A stretch of DNA of 64,000 nucleotides from a virus (IMGVR_UViG_3300038393_002131), one strand, 5' to 3'. Positions 52,801 through 61,427 are shown, counted from the stretch's first letter. Notes: generated by a model not told the origin, from the letters alone. A program made the numbers and translations.

Positions 52801-53567
52801 TCGGGGACCTTCTTCATCGGCCCGAACAGGTGACCGAACGCGATACGGGTGACACCCATCGCGGTGGCCCACCCCATGAATAGGGCGGGGGCGGCACCCA
52901 CGAGGTTGAAGATCGGCGCGAGGGAGGACCCCATGGCGACGAGGCCACCGAGGGAGCCGCCGATCGCGGCGATGGCAGGCTGGATCACCGACGCGATGCC
53001 GAGGTACACCGTCGGCATGAACGCCGACCGGGCGTTGCCCTCGGGCTTGAGCCAGCCGGGCAGCTTGAAGTCGGAGGACTTCTGCTTCTCGTCGGCCTTG
53101 ACCTTGACCTTGATCGGGTTGGCGTCGGCGATGGCCTGGCCCTTGACGCGGGCCGCGAAGATCGACCGGAGGAACCCCTCGCCGTCGGCGCGCAGCGGCA
53201 GCCGGAGCCACCCGCGGCGGCCCTTCTGCTGGGCCTCGACCTTGGCCTTCTCCTTCTCGACGGCCTCGCCGAGCCCGTCGACGACGACCTTGATCTTGGC
53301 TTCCGCGCCGGCGGCCTTGGCCGCGGCCGCCATCTTCGCCTTGAGGCCGTCGGTGTCGATCTCGACGGCGATCTTGGCGGTGACACCGGCCGCGGCCTCG
53401 TCCACGGCAGCCTTGAGCTTGTCCCGCAGCCCCGCCTTGTCGATCTCGACTTCGATCTTCGCGGCGAGGTTGCGCGTCTCCTTCTCGATCGCGGCCTTGA
53501 GCCGCTCGCCGAAGCCCTTGGTGTTGGACTCAACGGGGATCTCGAGGGTGCCTGCGACGTCACTCAC
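49842..53567 (-). CDS. tail tape measure protein
   Basis: 1241 aa, Ala/Gly/Lys-rich helical with central hydrophobic segments; GTG start with RBS GAGGGTGG; follows the frameshifted chaperone pair. Confidence 0.9.
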   Translation of the reverse strand: MSDVAGTLEIPVESNTKGFGERLKAAIEKETRNLAAKIEVEIDKAGLRDKLKAAVDEAAAGVTAKIAVEIDTDGLKAKMAAAAKAAGAEAKIKVVVDGLGEAVEKEKAKVEAQQKGRRGWLRLPLRADGEGFLRSIFAARVKGQAIADANPIKVKVKADEKQKSSDFKLPGWLKPEGNARSAFMPTVYLGIASVIQPAIAAIGGSLGGLVAMGSSLAPIFNLVGAAPALFMGWATAMGVTRIAFGHLFGPMKKVPEYLVPIRKEFEKLRPELDKLKKQVSGAFWKPLKDDIEPTGKVLMPILRKGLKGVATEMGETAKQTAAWLRTPLFKGQANTIFYSLRGLVDGFGSALLGAAKGAVNLATAAAPLVGKLGDVLRDFGKWAQGIGDTADEQARLAAGFETGYQKAAQLWDMTKNLGGALADMFRAGRATGDSLLRTLQEQIQAFHDWTSSVEGQQKIADWFESVEPVARAAGRVIVELAKALARLSSDGHTAALLDLIAAKLIPALEKGLRLLGESLGPQVITFVSNLVTILAELSAAGSPLASVLGVLNEWLTAVMALLEASPQLASNLGVLLGAFLMFRSLRFFTGIIPIVAKFFATVRAGGALSMGATLAMLASFSGILAGWPKPVQAATIALSAFLLLRPKLQAFTKTTGWGNLSTGIRMVGEAAVKSGGNIGKFRDQMSGFTGALGYGGGAGMGKGLKGALSGAKSAASGLMGLLGGPWGIALSAAAAGISVWMENEAKAKEIGDALTGTIDKQTGAFTGQSVATVKEALLGDLSAEDIKRVQELGFNFDDLAKAALNGGPDLENAKQKLDDIAGIDWLFVKDDADIMEGLGASMDRASQGAQRAKVLFDENGNAAAGATPKVNGYKAAADALATATDAARDAQVRLKATLLGISDAEVDADTAQATYNATLAEAKSHMGEYVKTVDKATGKLDLSSKAGRSNQGVLKGLRTDAIANWQAMLKNGEGVDATRAAMNKAKGEFVNVATKMLGSKAAAEAMAREYGYTTETVDGLSDAIGDVPKQKKVQITAETMAIRAAVALAKRLLDSVHDKTVSLTTIYRTVGHQGALVAHNERQLDRRGLDKKNGGIVDFFRNGGIREGLKAFARGTENHLAEIANAGDWRVWAEPETGGEAYIPLSPAKRARSMAILEEVADRFGAALMPQAAQVGASRVTSTASTPRASSATPAVASGPSIVFEPGSVLISNPAQETASTTITKVTRDIGQFGLFAGDDY

Positions 53568-54482
53568 TCACGCCACCACCCTCAGCGGCGACGGCGGCGT
53601 CGGCCGGCGGCGTCGGGACGTGACGGATCGCGCCCATGGCCTTCATGACGGCGACGGCACCGGTGGCCGTCACCCCACCACTGGCGTTCGTCACGGGCTC
53701 GTCCGAAGGCTCCGGCGGCGCAGCGGACCCGCCGGAACGGGCCCGCTGCAGGGCGGCGTTGATCGAGTCCCAAGGTCGCTCGATCAGCACGGGGATCTCG
53801 CGCACGCGGCGCGGCTCCGTGTTCATCAGCCCGACCTCCTCAATCAGCTGTGCCAGTAGCTCGTGTGTCATGTCCCAGCGGCCCTTGCCGGTGGGCGTGT
53901 GGATCAGGGCGTCTCCGGGGAGGCCCCGGAGGAGTGCCGTCAGGCGACGGACTCCGATGAACCCGCCTCGGGCGCCTGGGCGTCGCCAGACGGCTCGGGG
54001 GTCGAGTCCGGGGTAGCGGCCAGCGAGGTCGGCTTCGACGTCGGACCAGCGGTCGTGAACGAGCCGGCCGACGCGAAGGCTTCCCCCAGCGACGTCCCGT
54101 ACAGGCGGAACAGGCCGGACACGAGGCGGCCGAGGTCGGGCACCGACGGGCGCTTCGTCTTGAAGGTCGCCCACTGCTCCTCGCCGAACAGCAGCTCGAG
54201 GGAGGCGTAGAACGCCGCGATGACCTCGGCCGGCAGGGCCGGTCGCAGGACGAGCAGGTCGACGGCCCGCTCGCCGATGTCCTTGCCCTTGCCGTCCTCG
54301 TCCTTGAACAGGGCGACGATGAGGCCGGACAGGTCGAACTCGGGCGCGAGGAACGGGTCGAACGTGTCGGCCGGGAGCTCGGACGGGAGCGTGTACTCCG
54401 CGCCGCCGAGCTTGACGATGATGCCCTCGGGGAAGGCGGACTCTCGGCGCGCGGCGTCGAGGTCGAGAATGTTGCTGGTCAT
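53560..54482 (-). CDS. tail assembly chaperone -1 frameshift product (GT-like)
   Basis: A -1 frame is open across the G stop and continues to 53560, ending just before the TMP start; candidate slip site is the run ACCCCCGAG near the G 3' end. Confidence 0.4.
53940..54482 (-). CDS. tail assembly chaperone (G-like)
   Basis: Start re-assigned to MTSNILDLD (RBS GAAGGGA); between the major tail protein and the TMP; acidic. Confidence 0.6.
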   Translation of the reverse strand: MTSNILDLDAARRESAFPEGIIVKLGGAEYTLPSELPADTFDPFLAPEFDLSGLIVALFKDEDGKGKDIGERAVDLLVLRPALPAEVIAAFYASLELLFGEEQWATFKTKRPSVPDLGRLVSGLFRLYGTSLGEAFASAGSFTTAGPTSKPTSLAATPDSTPEPSGDAQAPEAGSSESVA

Positions 54483-54662
54483 GATGGTCGGGGTGTCCCT
54501 TCGGCTGGGAGTGGCGCGGGTGGGCCGCATGTCGTGGCCGAAGGTGCACGGGCGAGGGTGCTTGTGTCGCGCCCTCGGGGGTGGATGCGCGAACGGCCCG
54601 CCCCCGGGTGGGGAGCGGGCCGTCGCAGCGACCGGGTTTGGTGTCCTACCGGGTGGCGCCGA

Positions 54663-55241
54663 TCAGGCGGCCGGGTCGAACGCCGGGTCGTTGGTGAGGG
54701 TGTACCACGGGTCGGCGCTGTCGCTGCCGAGGACGGCGAGCTTGAGCGGCAGACGCGACTCGGCGCCCTTGTGCAGCTGCAGGGACACGCCCTCCATCTG
54801 GAACACGCGGGGCACGATCGTGCGGTAGATGAGGTCGCCCTTCTTGACCTGCACGATGGCCGCGACCTCGGTCCGCTCGCCGATCTTCGGCGGGACGAAC
54901 TTGAACTGCTTGGGCGTGGTCGCCGGCAGGATCTCGGTGATGCTGCCGCCGCCGTAGACGGCCTTGAAGTTGGCGCCGTTCCACTGCTGCAGGTCGACGG
55001 AGACGGTGGCCGACTCGCCGGTCTGGTAGCGCAGGGTCGGGAAGTTGGACTGCGCCGACTTGACCTCGCCGAAGGTGGGCTCGGTGGCGAAGGTCAGCGA
55101 GTCCTCCGGGGTGTAGCCGACGTTGAACCAACCCGTTCCGGGGTCGGCCGTGCAGTCGACGGGTGCGACGGTGCCCTTGGCAGCCAGCCACACGTCGGTC
55201 CGTGTGGGGACCTGGATTTCGTTCTCGTTGAACTCGGTCAT
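54663..55241 (-). CDS. major tail protein
   Basis: 192 aa beta-rich protein immediately upstream of the chaperones and TMP (canonical order). Confidence 0.6.
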   Translation of the reverse strand: MTEFNENEIQVPTRTDVWLAAKGTVAPVDCTADPGTGWFNVGYTPEDSLTFATEPTFGEVKSAQSNFPTLRYQTGESATVSVDLQQWNGANFKAVYGGGSITEILPATTPKQFKFVPPKIGERTEVAAIVQVKKGDLIYRTIVPRVFQMEGVSLQLHKGAESRLPLKLAVLGSDSADPWYTLTNDPAFDPAA

Positions 55242-55305
55242 GATGGTGGGCTCTCCACTCCCTCGGTAGGTGTCCGGTCAGTGGGAGAGGTTGACGAGTC
55301 GCACG

Positions 55306-55323
55306 GCTTGTGTCGCGTCCTCA
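55306..55323 (+). repeat. class-II motif GCTTGTGTCGCGTCCTCA (copy whose TCA is the TGA stop of gene 55321..55746)
   Basis: One of at least 10 same-orientation copies. Confidence 0.6.
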
Positions 55324-55746
55324 CTGCGGCGGCAGGATCGTCACGTTGAGAGTGGCGACGTAGCGCAGCTGCCCGGAGGTGAGGGGCTGGCGGGTGATGC
55401 CGCCCTGAATGTTGAGCCGGGACAGCACTGCTCGCCCCGACGGGTGTGCCCCGTCGGGGATGCGGTTGGCGAACCGGAGGACCTTGGCGAGCATGCGGAA
55501 CAGGGCCGCGGACCCGACCGAGCCGTCCATCGGGCCGTACAGCTCGAGGGTCACCTCGTGCACCATCCGGCCGCGCATCGTCGACATCTCGCCGGTCGAG
55601 CCGGGGATGACGCGCAGGTGCGGGAACGGTGCTTCGAGCAGCCCGGAGACACGGTCGGGGCCACCGAGGATCTCGGTGACCTCGGCCGCGTTGAGGAACC
55701 GCCAGATGACCTCCCCGACCGGATCGACGTCGGAGAGGTCACCCAT
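55321..55746 (-). CDS. head-tail joining / tail terminator-like protein (141 aa)
   Basis: Position directly before the major tail protein; ATGA overlap with the upstream gene. Confidence 0.45.
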   Translation of the reverse strand: MGDLSDVDPVGEVIWRFLNAAEVTEILGGPDRVSGLLEAPFPHLRVIPGSTGEMSTMRGRMVHEVTLELYGPMDGSVGSAALFRMLAKVLRFANRIPDGAHPSGRAVLSRLNIQGGITRQPLTSGQLRYVATLNVTILPPQ

Positions 55747-55991
55747 CAGTCAGCTCGCTTCGCGACGCCGGCGACGATCAGGTCGTGCGCGACCTGCGGG
55801 TGCACACTGGCCGTCTCGCCGGGGTTGTAGGCCTTGTCGCCGATGTAGCCGGCGGACAGGTGGCCGACGAACTCGACCTTGACGCCGGGGTCGGCGGCCT
55901 TGACCTCGGTCGTGTCGGTGAGGGCCTTGTTCTCGAGGCCCTCAGGCTGCGTGGACTTGTCCTGGGTGCGGGTTGCTGCGCTCATGGGCAC
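55746..55991 (-). CDS. small head-tail connector-region protein (81 aa)
   Basis: Position; GTG/ATG start after a class-II motif. Confidence 0.4.
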   Translation of the reverse strand: MPMSAATRTQDKSTQPEGLENKALTDTTEVKAADPGVKVEFVGHLSAGYIGDKAYNPGETASVHPQVAHDLIVAGVAKRAD

Positions 55992-56011
55992 GGACTGTGC
56001 GCCGCCGCCGT

Positions 56012-56029
56012 GCTTGTGTCGCGTCCTCA
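56012..56029 (+). repeat. class-II motif copy (overlaps the stop of 56027..56637)
   Basis: GCTTGTGTCGCGTCCTCA. Confidence 0.6.
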
Positions 56030-56637
56030 GATCCCGAGGCGAGCCTTCATCGTGCCGACGACGCCGTGCATCCAGTAGGTGCCCTCGGCGATGAACCCGC
56101 CCGGGTAGACGTCGCCGTACTCCGCGGGGATGACGTACTTGCCCTTGGCGTACACCTTCCCCGACACGGTCGTGCCGACGGCCTTGGCCGGGGTTGACCC
56201 GACGAACCGGGCCATCCCGTTGGGTGCCACCTCGAGTTTGCAGCGGCAGTGCACCACGTTGACGTAGTGCCCTGGCGTGGTGTCGCGCGGCGCGAGCATG
56301 TAGACCTTCGACCCGGCCAGCGGCGCGTCACGCAGGGAGTGCCCGCCACCGGCGCTGATCTTGGCGGGGATGGACCCGGGGTGCTCGACGTCCCACTGGT
56401 AGGCGTCGAGCTCGAACCGCAGGTTGGCCGGGATCTCCTCGCCGCTGATCGACCGGTGCGTCCTGCGGACGAACGCGTCGCCGACGTCGATCCACTTCTT
56501 CGTGTCCGGGGCGGTGATCTTCGCCTCGGCCTCGGTGGCCCGAACGACCTCCTGCACGTTGTTGACGATCATCCGCGCGACCAGCTGGTCGAGCCCCTTG
56601 ACGGGGGTGAACTTGCCGCCGCTCACAGCGTGTAGGG
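56027..56637 (-). CDS. head-tail connector-region structural protein (~203 aa)
   Basis: Start re-assigned to VSGGKFTPV (GTG ~56637); the Arg-rich 5' part of the track ORF is rejected. Confidence 0.45.
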
Positions 56638-56895
56638 CGGCGACGCGTCGCAGGTGACCTTGACGAAGTCGACGTAGTCGTAGCCGGGGACCTGCACGGG
56701 CTTGGCGCTGCGCACGACGAACTCGCGGTCGCGCGCGTCGACGAGTACGTCGCCGGGTTCGAGCGGCCAGAGCGCGATGTCTGCGCGCGCGGTCCATGGC
56801 ATCGTCGTCGACGACTGGCCCTCGGGCGGTTCGGTGATCGCGCCGGGGTAGGCGGCCGTGTCCGGCTCGAACCCGGCCGCGGCGACGGGCATCCC
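56623..56895 (-). CDS. hypothetical structural-module protein (~90 aa)
   Basis: Start at MPVAAAGFEPD; the upstream 56896-57055 is a GCGCGC-rich non-coding repeat. Confidence 0.4.
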   Translation of the reverse strand, partial: GMPVAAAGFEPDTAAYPGAITEPPEGQSSTTMPWTARADIALWPLEPGDVLVDARDREFVVRSAKPVQVPGYDYVDFVKVTCDASPPYTL

Positions 56896-57055
56896 GTGCG
56901 CGTCGCGGTCGAACTTCCGGGGCTTCTTGCGCGCGCGCAGTTGCGTGTTGGCGAGGAGGACGGCCACCGTCACCACCCCCCGCGTGCACGCGCACGGTGC
57001 ACGCGCGCGAGCTCGGGGCGGTGCGCGCGCATGCGCGCGGTGTCGAGCGCGCGCA
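56896..57055. repeat. GCGCGC-rich intergenic repeat block inside the structural module
   Basis: GCGTGCACGCGCACGGTGCACGCGCGCGAGC...GTGCGCGCGCATGCGCGCGG...GCGCGCGCATCAG. Confidence 0.5.
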
Positions 57056-57661
57056 TCAGTACCCCCGCACCCACGTCGTGCCGTAGTTCGGCCACAGCGG
57101 CCCGGGCCGCGACGGGCGCACGTACACCGCGCGGCGGCGGTACCGGTCGAGCGTCTTGAGCTTGGGCAGCGAACCGACCGCGCCATCCTCGGACGGGCGC
57201 GCGACCATCTGCAGCGACTGGCCCTCGGCCGAGATCGACGTGACGTCCGGGTGCTTGGGGAAGCCGTAGGACTCGTCCTCGCGCAGGGTGCGCATCGTGT
57301 GCGCGGTGACGTAGCGGACGATCGGCGCGGTGCCGGGCCCGTTGAGCCCGACGTAGAACGTGACGGTCCACGACTCGTCGTCGGCCTGCACGCGCGTCTT
57401 GACGGCGTAGTCGTCGTCGAACTGGTGACCGTCGGGCCACGCCCGCCACGAGTCGGGGTCGTAGCCGGGCATCGGGTAGATGCCCTCGAGGACCCGCTCC
57501 TCGGGGATGAGGGGCCGGTTGAGGAACCCTTCGACGTCGGCCTGGCAGTCGAAGATCGCGTCGCTGATCGAGTCGAGTTGCAGCTGCGAGGGGTTGACGA
57601 GTCGCATCCGCGAGGCGATCACCTGCGGAAGCACGACGAGGGTGTTCGGGTCAGCCGCCAC
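57056..57661 (-). CDS. hypothetical structural-module protein (201 aa)
   Basis: Protein-like ORF between the head and tail modules. Confidence 0.45.
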   Translation of the reverse strand: MAADPNTLVVLPQVIASRMRLVNPSQLQLDSISDAIFDCQADVEGFLNRPLIPEERVLEGIYPMPGYDPDSWRAWPDGHQFDDDYAVKTRVQADDESWTVTFYVGLNGPGTAPIVRYVTAHTMRTLREDESYGFPKHPDVTSISAEGQSLQMVARPSEDGAVGSLPKLKTLDRYRRRAVYVRPSRPGPLWPNYGTTWVRGY

Positions 57662-57722
57662 GGCTCCTCCTTCGCGTGGGTGTGGCGGCCCGCGCCCGCC
57701 GGTGCGGACGCGGGCCAGTGGG

Positions 57723-58310
57723 TCACTCCTGCTCGGCGTCCTGCTCGGTGGTCGACTCGGCGAGCGAGGCGTTCATGAACTGCGAGAGGCGGGCGACGGC
57801 GTCACGGCCGATGCGGGACCCGCGGGCCAGCACGAGACGCGACATCGGGTCACGCTGGCCGGGGAAGTACCGGTGCTCGATGAGGCGGGCCTTGACGACG
57901 TAGATCGACCCGTTGGGGAACTCGAGCTCGAAGGCGTCCTCGGGGCGGATCGGCTTGTTGGTGGCCTCGTCGACGATGACGGAGCGCGGGCCCTGGGGCT
58001 CGTTGCGCACCATCTCGGCCGCGAGGTTGCCCTCGGCGCCGTCGACACGACCGACCGTGCCGAGGCCGATGTTCGGCTCGGCCGGGATCGGCTTCTCGGT
58101 CGGGGGCTCGAGCTGGGCGGTGGCGGGGATCTTGACCTCGCCGCCCTCGACGGGCTCCGAGACGTCGCCAGAGCCCTCGCCCTGCTCGCCGGCGGCCGCG
58201 TCCGCGGCCTCCTGCTCGGCCTGCTCCTGGGCGGCCAGCTCGGCAGCCGCAGCCTCCGCGGCGGCCTTCTCCTCGGCGGCCTTCTGAGCCGCGGTCTTGC
58301 GTGTTGCCAT
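57723..58310 (-). CDS. Ala/Glu-rich hypothetical protein (195 aa)
   Basis: N-terminal low-complexity helical AAEEKAAAEAAAAELAAQEQAEQEAAD then a globular C-terminal part. Confidence 0.45.
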   Translation of the reverse strand: MATRKTAAQKAAEEKAAAEAAAAELAAQEQAEQEAADAAAGEQGEGSGDVSEPVEGGEVKIPATAQLEPPTEKPIPAEPNIGLGTVGRVDGAEGNLAAEMVRNEPQGPRSVIVDEATNKPIRPEDAFELEFPNGSIYVVKARLIEHRYFPGQRDPMSRLVLARGSRIGRDAVARLSQFMNASLAESTTEQDAEQE

Positions 58311-58432
58311 GTCCCCTCCAAGGGCGATGTCGGTGGTGTTCGTGCGATGAACACGCGGAGGGTGTCTGGCGTGGCGTGCTTGTGTCGCGCCGTGGGCGGC
58401 CCGTCAGGTCACGAGCCGCCCACCGCGATCGG

Positions 58433-58900
58433 TCACACGTAGGTGTAGGCCGCGACCTTCGTGACGGTGCCGCTGTCGTCGACGAGGGCGATGTCGGCCG
58501 GGCCCGCGGAACCGGCCGGGGTCGTCACCGTCAGCTGACGCTCGGACACGATGTTGAGCGTGTTGCCCGCGGCGCCGTCGAACGTCACCGACGTGACGCC
58601 GTCGAGGAACTCGCCCGTGATAGTGACGGTGGTGCCGCCCACGGCCGGACCCTGGGCCGGCTCGACGAGGGTGACCTTCGCCGGGTCGAACAGGTTGTTG
58701 ATCTGCTGCTGCGTCAGGACGGTCCCGGCCTTGAACCCGAGGGTGAGGATCGAGCCGTCGGGACGGGGGTCGTTCGCGCCGTAGGTCTGGCGGACCATCA
58801 GGTCCTCGGTGAGGACGAGCGGCTTCTGCGACGCGGGGACGTCGGCCGTGGGGACGGTGGACTTGGTGACGCGAGTGCCGTTGGTCTTGAACAGCCTCAT
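58433..58900 (-). CDS. Ig-like (IPT/TIG or BIG-type) domain protein, possible head or tail decoration
   Basis: Start at MRLFKTNGT; C-terminal VTITGEFLDGVTSVTFDGAAGNTLNIVSERQLTVTTPAG is Ig-fold-like. Confidence 0.5.
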   Translation of the reverse strand: MRLFKTNGTRVTKSTVPTADVPASQKPLVLTEDLMVRQTYGANDPRPDGSILTLGFKAGTVLTQQQINNLFDPAKVTLVEPAQGPAVGGTTVTITGEFLDGVTSVTFDGAAGNTLNIVSERQLTVTTPAGSAGPADIALVDDSGTVTKVAAYTYV

Positions 58901-58955
58901 GATGGGTCGTGCCTTCCTGTGTGGTGGATATCCGCCCGGGACGCTGCCCGACCGC

Positions 58956-59543
58956 TCACCCTTGCGTCGCCTCCTCGCGCGCCACCAGCGAGCCACCGAC
59001 CGCGAGGCAGACACGCGTGTGCAGCTGGTCGATGCTCCCGTCGTTGACGATCACGGCGTCGAAGTCGTAGCCGTCGAGGGCAACCTCGCTGATGTGCACC
59101 TCACCGTCGGGGCCGACCGCCGGCCCGACGCCTGGGCGTTCGATCCGCAGCACGATCCCGCCGCGGGACCGGATGGCCTCAGCCTCGTTCGGGAACCGGC
59201 AGTCGACGAACACCGCTCCCCCGTCGCCGAGCCGGTCGAACGCGGCCCGCACCCACACGTCCTCGTCGATGTCACGCATGGCCTTCCCGAGCCGCTGCTG
59301 GGTGCGGCGCACGCCCGGGAACAGGTCCTTGGCGCGCTCGATGCCGTACGCGTCGATGAGCGCGGCGTAGGAGTAGGTGATGCCGTTGTGCACGATCTGC
59401 GGGTCGAGGGCGTACGCGGCGTCCTTGAGCGGCTGGGAGAACTTCGCGATCTGGAAGGCGGCCCGGGCGAGGATCTTCGCGGCCTCGTCCTTGCCGACGC
59501 GGGCGTACCCCGACAGGCCAACGAACACAGGGCGGTTCACCAT
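58956..59543 (-). CDS. P-loop nucleotide kinase (dNMP kinase-like)
   Basis: Start at MVNRPVFVGLSGYARVGKDEAAKIL (Walker A with a GKD as in T4-type dNMP kinases). Confidence 0.5.
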   Translation of the reverse strand: MVNRPVFVGLSGYARVGKDEAAKILARAAFQIAKFSQPLKDAAYALDPQIVHNGITYSYAALIDAYGIERAKDLFPGVRRTQQRLGKAMRDIDEDVWVRAAFDRLGDGGAVFVDCRFPNEAEAIRSRGGIVLRIERPGVGPAVGPDGEVHISEVALDGYDFDAVIVNDGSIDQLHTRVCLAVGGSLVAREEATQG

Positions 59544-59821
59544 GGCGTGTCCTCGGCCTCGTCGTCGATGTGGGAGTCGACCCCGACCAGCGACTTCTCG
59601 AGGCAGTCGAGGCACAGCCCGTCGAACGGGCCTTCGTCGTTGCCGCACTCGTGGCAGAGCGGGATGGGCGCGTCGAGGGTGGGCGAGCAGTCGACGCACT
59701 GGCCGAACTCGTCGAGCTCGTCGACCTCGCGCTGGCAGCCGACGCACACGGCGGGGACCTCGGGGGCCTCGTCGTCGTCAGGGATGATCGCGGTCATGGC
59801 GGGAAGGGACCACGGCGACAC
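59537..59821 (-). CDS. Cys-rich zinc-finger protein (start 59821 or 59797)
   Basis: CVGC...CVDC...CHEC...CLDC four Cys pairs. Confidence 0.45.
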   Translation of the reverse strand: MSPWSLPAMTAIIPDDDEAPEVPAVCVGCQREVDELDEFGQCVDCSPTLDAPIPLCHECGNDEGPFDGLCLDCLEKSLVGVDSHIDDEAEDTPW

Positions 59822-59845
59822 GCCTACGGTCGCGTCCTCAACCCT

Positions 59846-59920
59846 TGCGTCCGTAGCGCACAGTCGCTAACGTCACGGGCAAGGGCGGAAGCGTCCCGCC
59901 CATGACACCAAGGAGAGCCA
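59846..59920 (+). promoter_or_regulatory. plus-orientation copy of the cassette driving the small gene 59921..60079
   Basis: CAACCCTTGCGT-N17-TAACGT then GGCGGAAGCGTCCCGCC hairpin, ATGACACC, AAGGAGAG; shows the element orientation follows the gene. Confidence 0.5.
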
Positions 59921-60079
59921 TGGAATCCTGGCAGGCCCCCACCCTCGTAGCGATCATCGTGCTGGTCATGGTCGTGGCGATGGTCGCGTTGGCCGTGCAC
60001 ATCACCCGGTTCCAGCGCCGAGTGCGCCGGAACCGCCGGACGGCCCGATGGGTCGAGCGTCGAGAGGGTGACGACTAGA
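59921..60079 (+). CDS. small membrane protein (52 aa), plus strand, absent from the ORF track
   Basis: ATG at 59921 preceded by RBS AAGGAGAG, a sense-orientation leader hairpin GGCGGAAGCGTCCCGCC and a promoter TTGCGT-N17-TAACGT; MESWQAPTLVAIIVLVMVVAMVALAVHITRFQRRVRRNRRTARWVERREGDD. Confidence 0.45.
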
Positions 60080-61427
60080 GCGCCTTGAGGGTCGACACCT
60101 CGGGGGCGTCCGGCCGCAGGATCCGCAGGTCGTCCCAGCCGTCCTCCGTCGTGGAGAACACGAGCAGCCCCGGCATCGACACCTCACCCGACAGGCGGGT
60201 GAACCAGTCGCTCCCGTTGTCCAGCGTCGGCGCCTGAACCCACAGTCGACCCTCGCCGCACTCCTTCGCAGCGAAGTGGTGCAGGTGCCCGGTCAGGAGG
60301 ATCTTGGCGTCGGTGACGGGCTGGTTGCCGAACACCTGCCCCTTCCACCACTCGACGGCCTTGCCGCCGGTGAACTGGTGGCCGTGGGCGAGGCCGACGG
60401 TGAGCCCGCCGAGGTCGAGCGCGAGGGTGTCGCGCCACGGGTCGGGGTAGGCGAACCGGACGTGGCCGTACGCGTCGGGGTTGCGCGAGTAGCCGTCCTG
60501 CACCTGTGACAGGACCTCGAGGCCCCAATCGTCCGACGGTGGCCCGACGGGGTCCTTGCCCTCGCGCTGCTGGGCGTGGTTGGAGCCGCAGGAGGCCGCC
60601 AGGACGCGCGGGAACGTCCGGGCAAGGTAGTCGAGCCCGTGGTACGTCAGGCGCCGGTGGACGCGGATCTGCTGCGTCATGAGCAGGTCGTTCGTGTACT
60701 TCTGGCTGGTGACGTTGTTGAAGCCCTCGACGCAGTCGCCGGCGTCGAGCCACGCGGCCTCTGTCGCGGGCCGGCCGAGGGCCTTGAGGTCGCGGACGTG
60801 GTCATCGAGCATGTCGAGGCACTCACGGAACCGGCCGACCAGCTGCTCGGTCCCGCCGAGCATGGCGACCTTGCCAGCTTGCGGGTCGGCGTAGGCCACG
60901 TTGAGGGAGCGGCGCTTGGCCTCGACCGGCTTGGGCCGCTGCCGCCGCTTGCGCATCACGTCGGCGAAGATCGCGGCGACGTCGTCGTCGTGGACGCGCT
61001 GCCGGTCCTTCTCGACGGCGAACCGGTACCGCCACACCGGCATCCGGGTGGCGGCGCTCTTGGTGTAGCGGGACTTGCCTGCGGCGGCACGCTCGTCGGC
61101 GTCGGGCCACTCGACGAACTGCTCGTCGCGGCCCCACGCGCCCGGGTCGTACTTCGCCTCGACGAGCCGCACCGTCCACCCGGGAGGCACTGTCATCCCG
61201 AGGGATTCGACGAGCCCCTTCCACGCACCCTCGTCATGCTGGACTGCAAGATCGGTGGCCGCGGTCGTCACCATCATCGACCCGTCGTCGGCGACCTTGA
61301 ACCCGGCCTCCCAGCCCTTCGGCGCGGCCGCGGGCCGGTACGTCACCGGCTGAGGCGGTTCGGTCGTGTCATGGCCGCCACCGACGGCCACGAGCGCGTC
61401 GAGGTCGTCGAGAATGCCGCCGTTCAT
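60075..61427 (-). CDS. calcineurin-like metallophosphoesterase (~450 aa)
   Basis: Start at MNGGILDD (ATGA overlap with the upstream gene); motifs GDCVEG, LAHGHQ and LTGHLHH. Confidence 0.65.
   Translation of the reverse strand: MNGGILDDLDALVAVGGGHDTTEPPQPVTYRPAAAPKGWEAGFKVADDGSMMVTTAATDLAVQHDEGAWKGLVESLGMTVPPGWTVRLVEAKYDPGAWGRDEQFVEWPDADERAAAGKSRYTKSAATRMPVWRYRFAVEKDRQRVHDDDVAAIFADVMRKRRQRPKPVEAKRRSLNVAYADPQAGKVAMLGGTEQLVGRFRECLDMLDDHVRDLKALGRPATEAAWLDAGDCVEGFNNVTSQKYTNDLLMTQQIRVHRRLTYHGLDYLARTFPRVLAASCGSNHAQQREGKDPVGPPSDDWGLEVLSQVQDGYSRNPDAYGHVRFAYPDPWRDTLALDLGGLTVGLAHGHQFTGGKAVEWWKGQVFGNQPVTDAKILLTGHLHHFAAKECGEGRLWVQAPTLDNGSDWFTRLSGEVSMPGLLVFSTTEDGWDDLRILRPDAPEVSTLKAL

Noticed and set aside
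55306-55323. Class-II motif acting as a Shine-Dalgarno element (GAGGA in minus sense)
   Set aside because: The distance to the next start codon varies from ~20 to more than 100 nt, so it cannot generally serve as the RBS.
56623-57186. Full-length 187-aa ORF upstream of the structural gene 56623..56895
   Set aside because: Its 5' two-thirds translate the GCGCGC repeat block (56896-57055) into Arg/Ala/Cys-rich sequence. Only the portion from MPVAAAGFEPD onward is retained.
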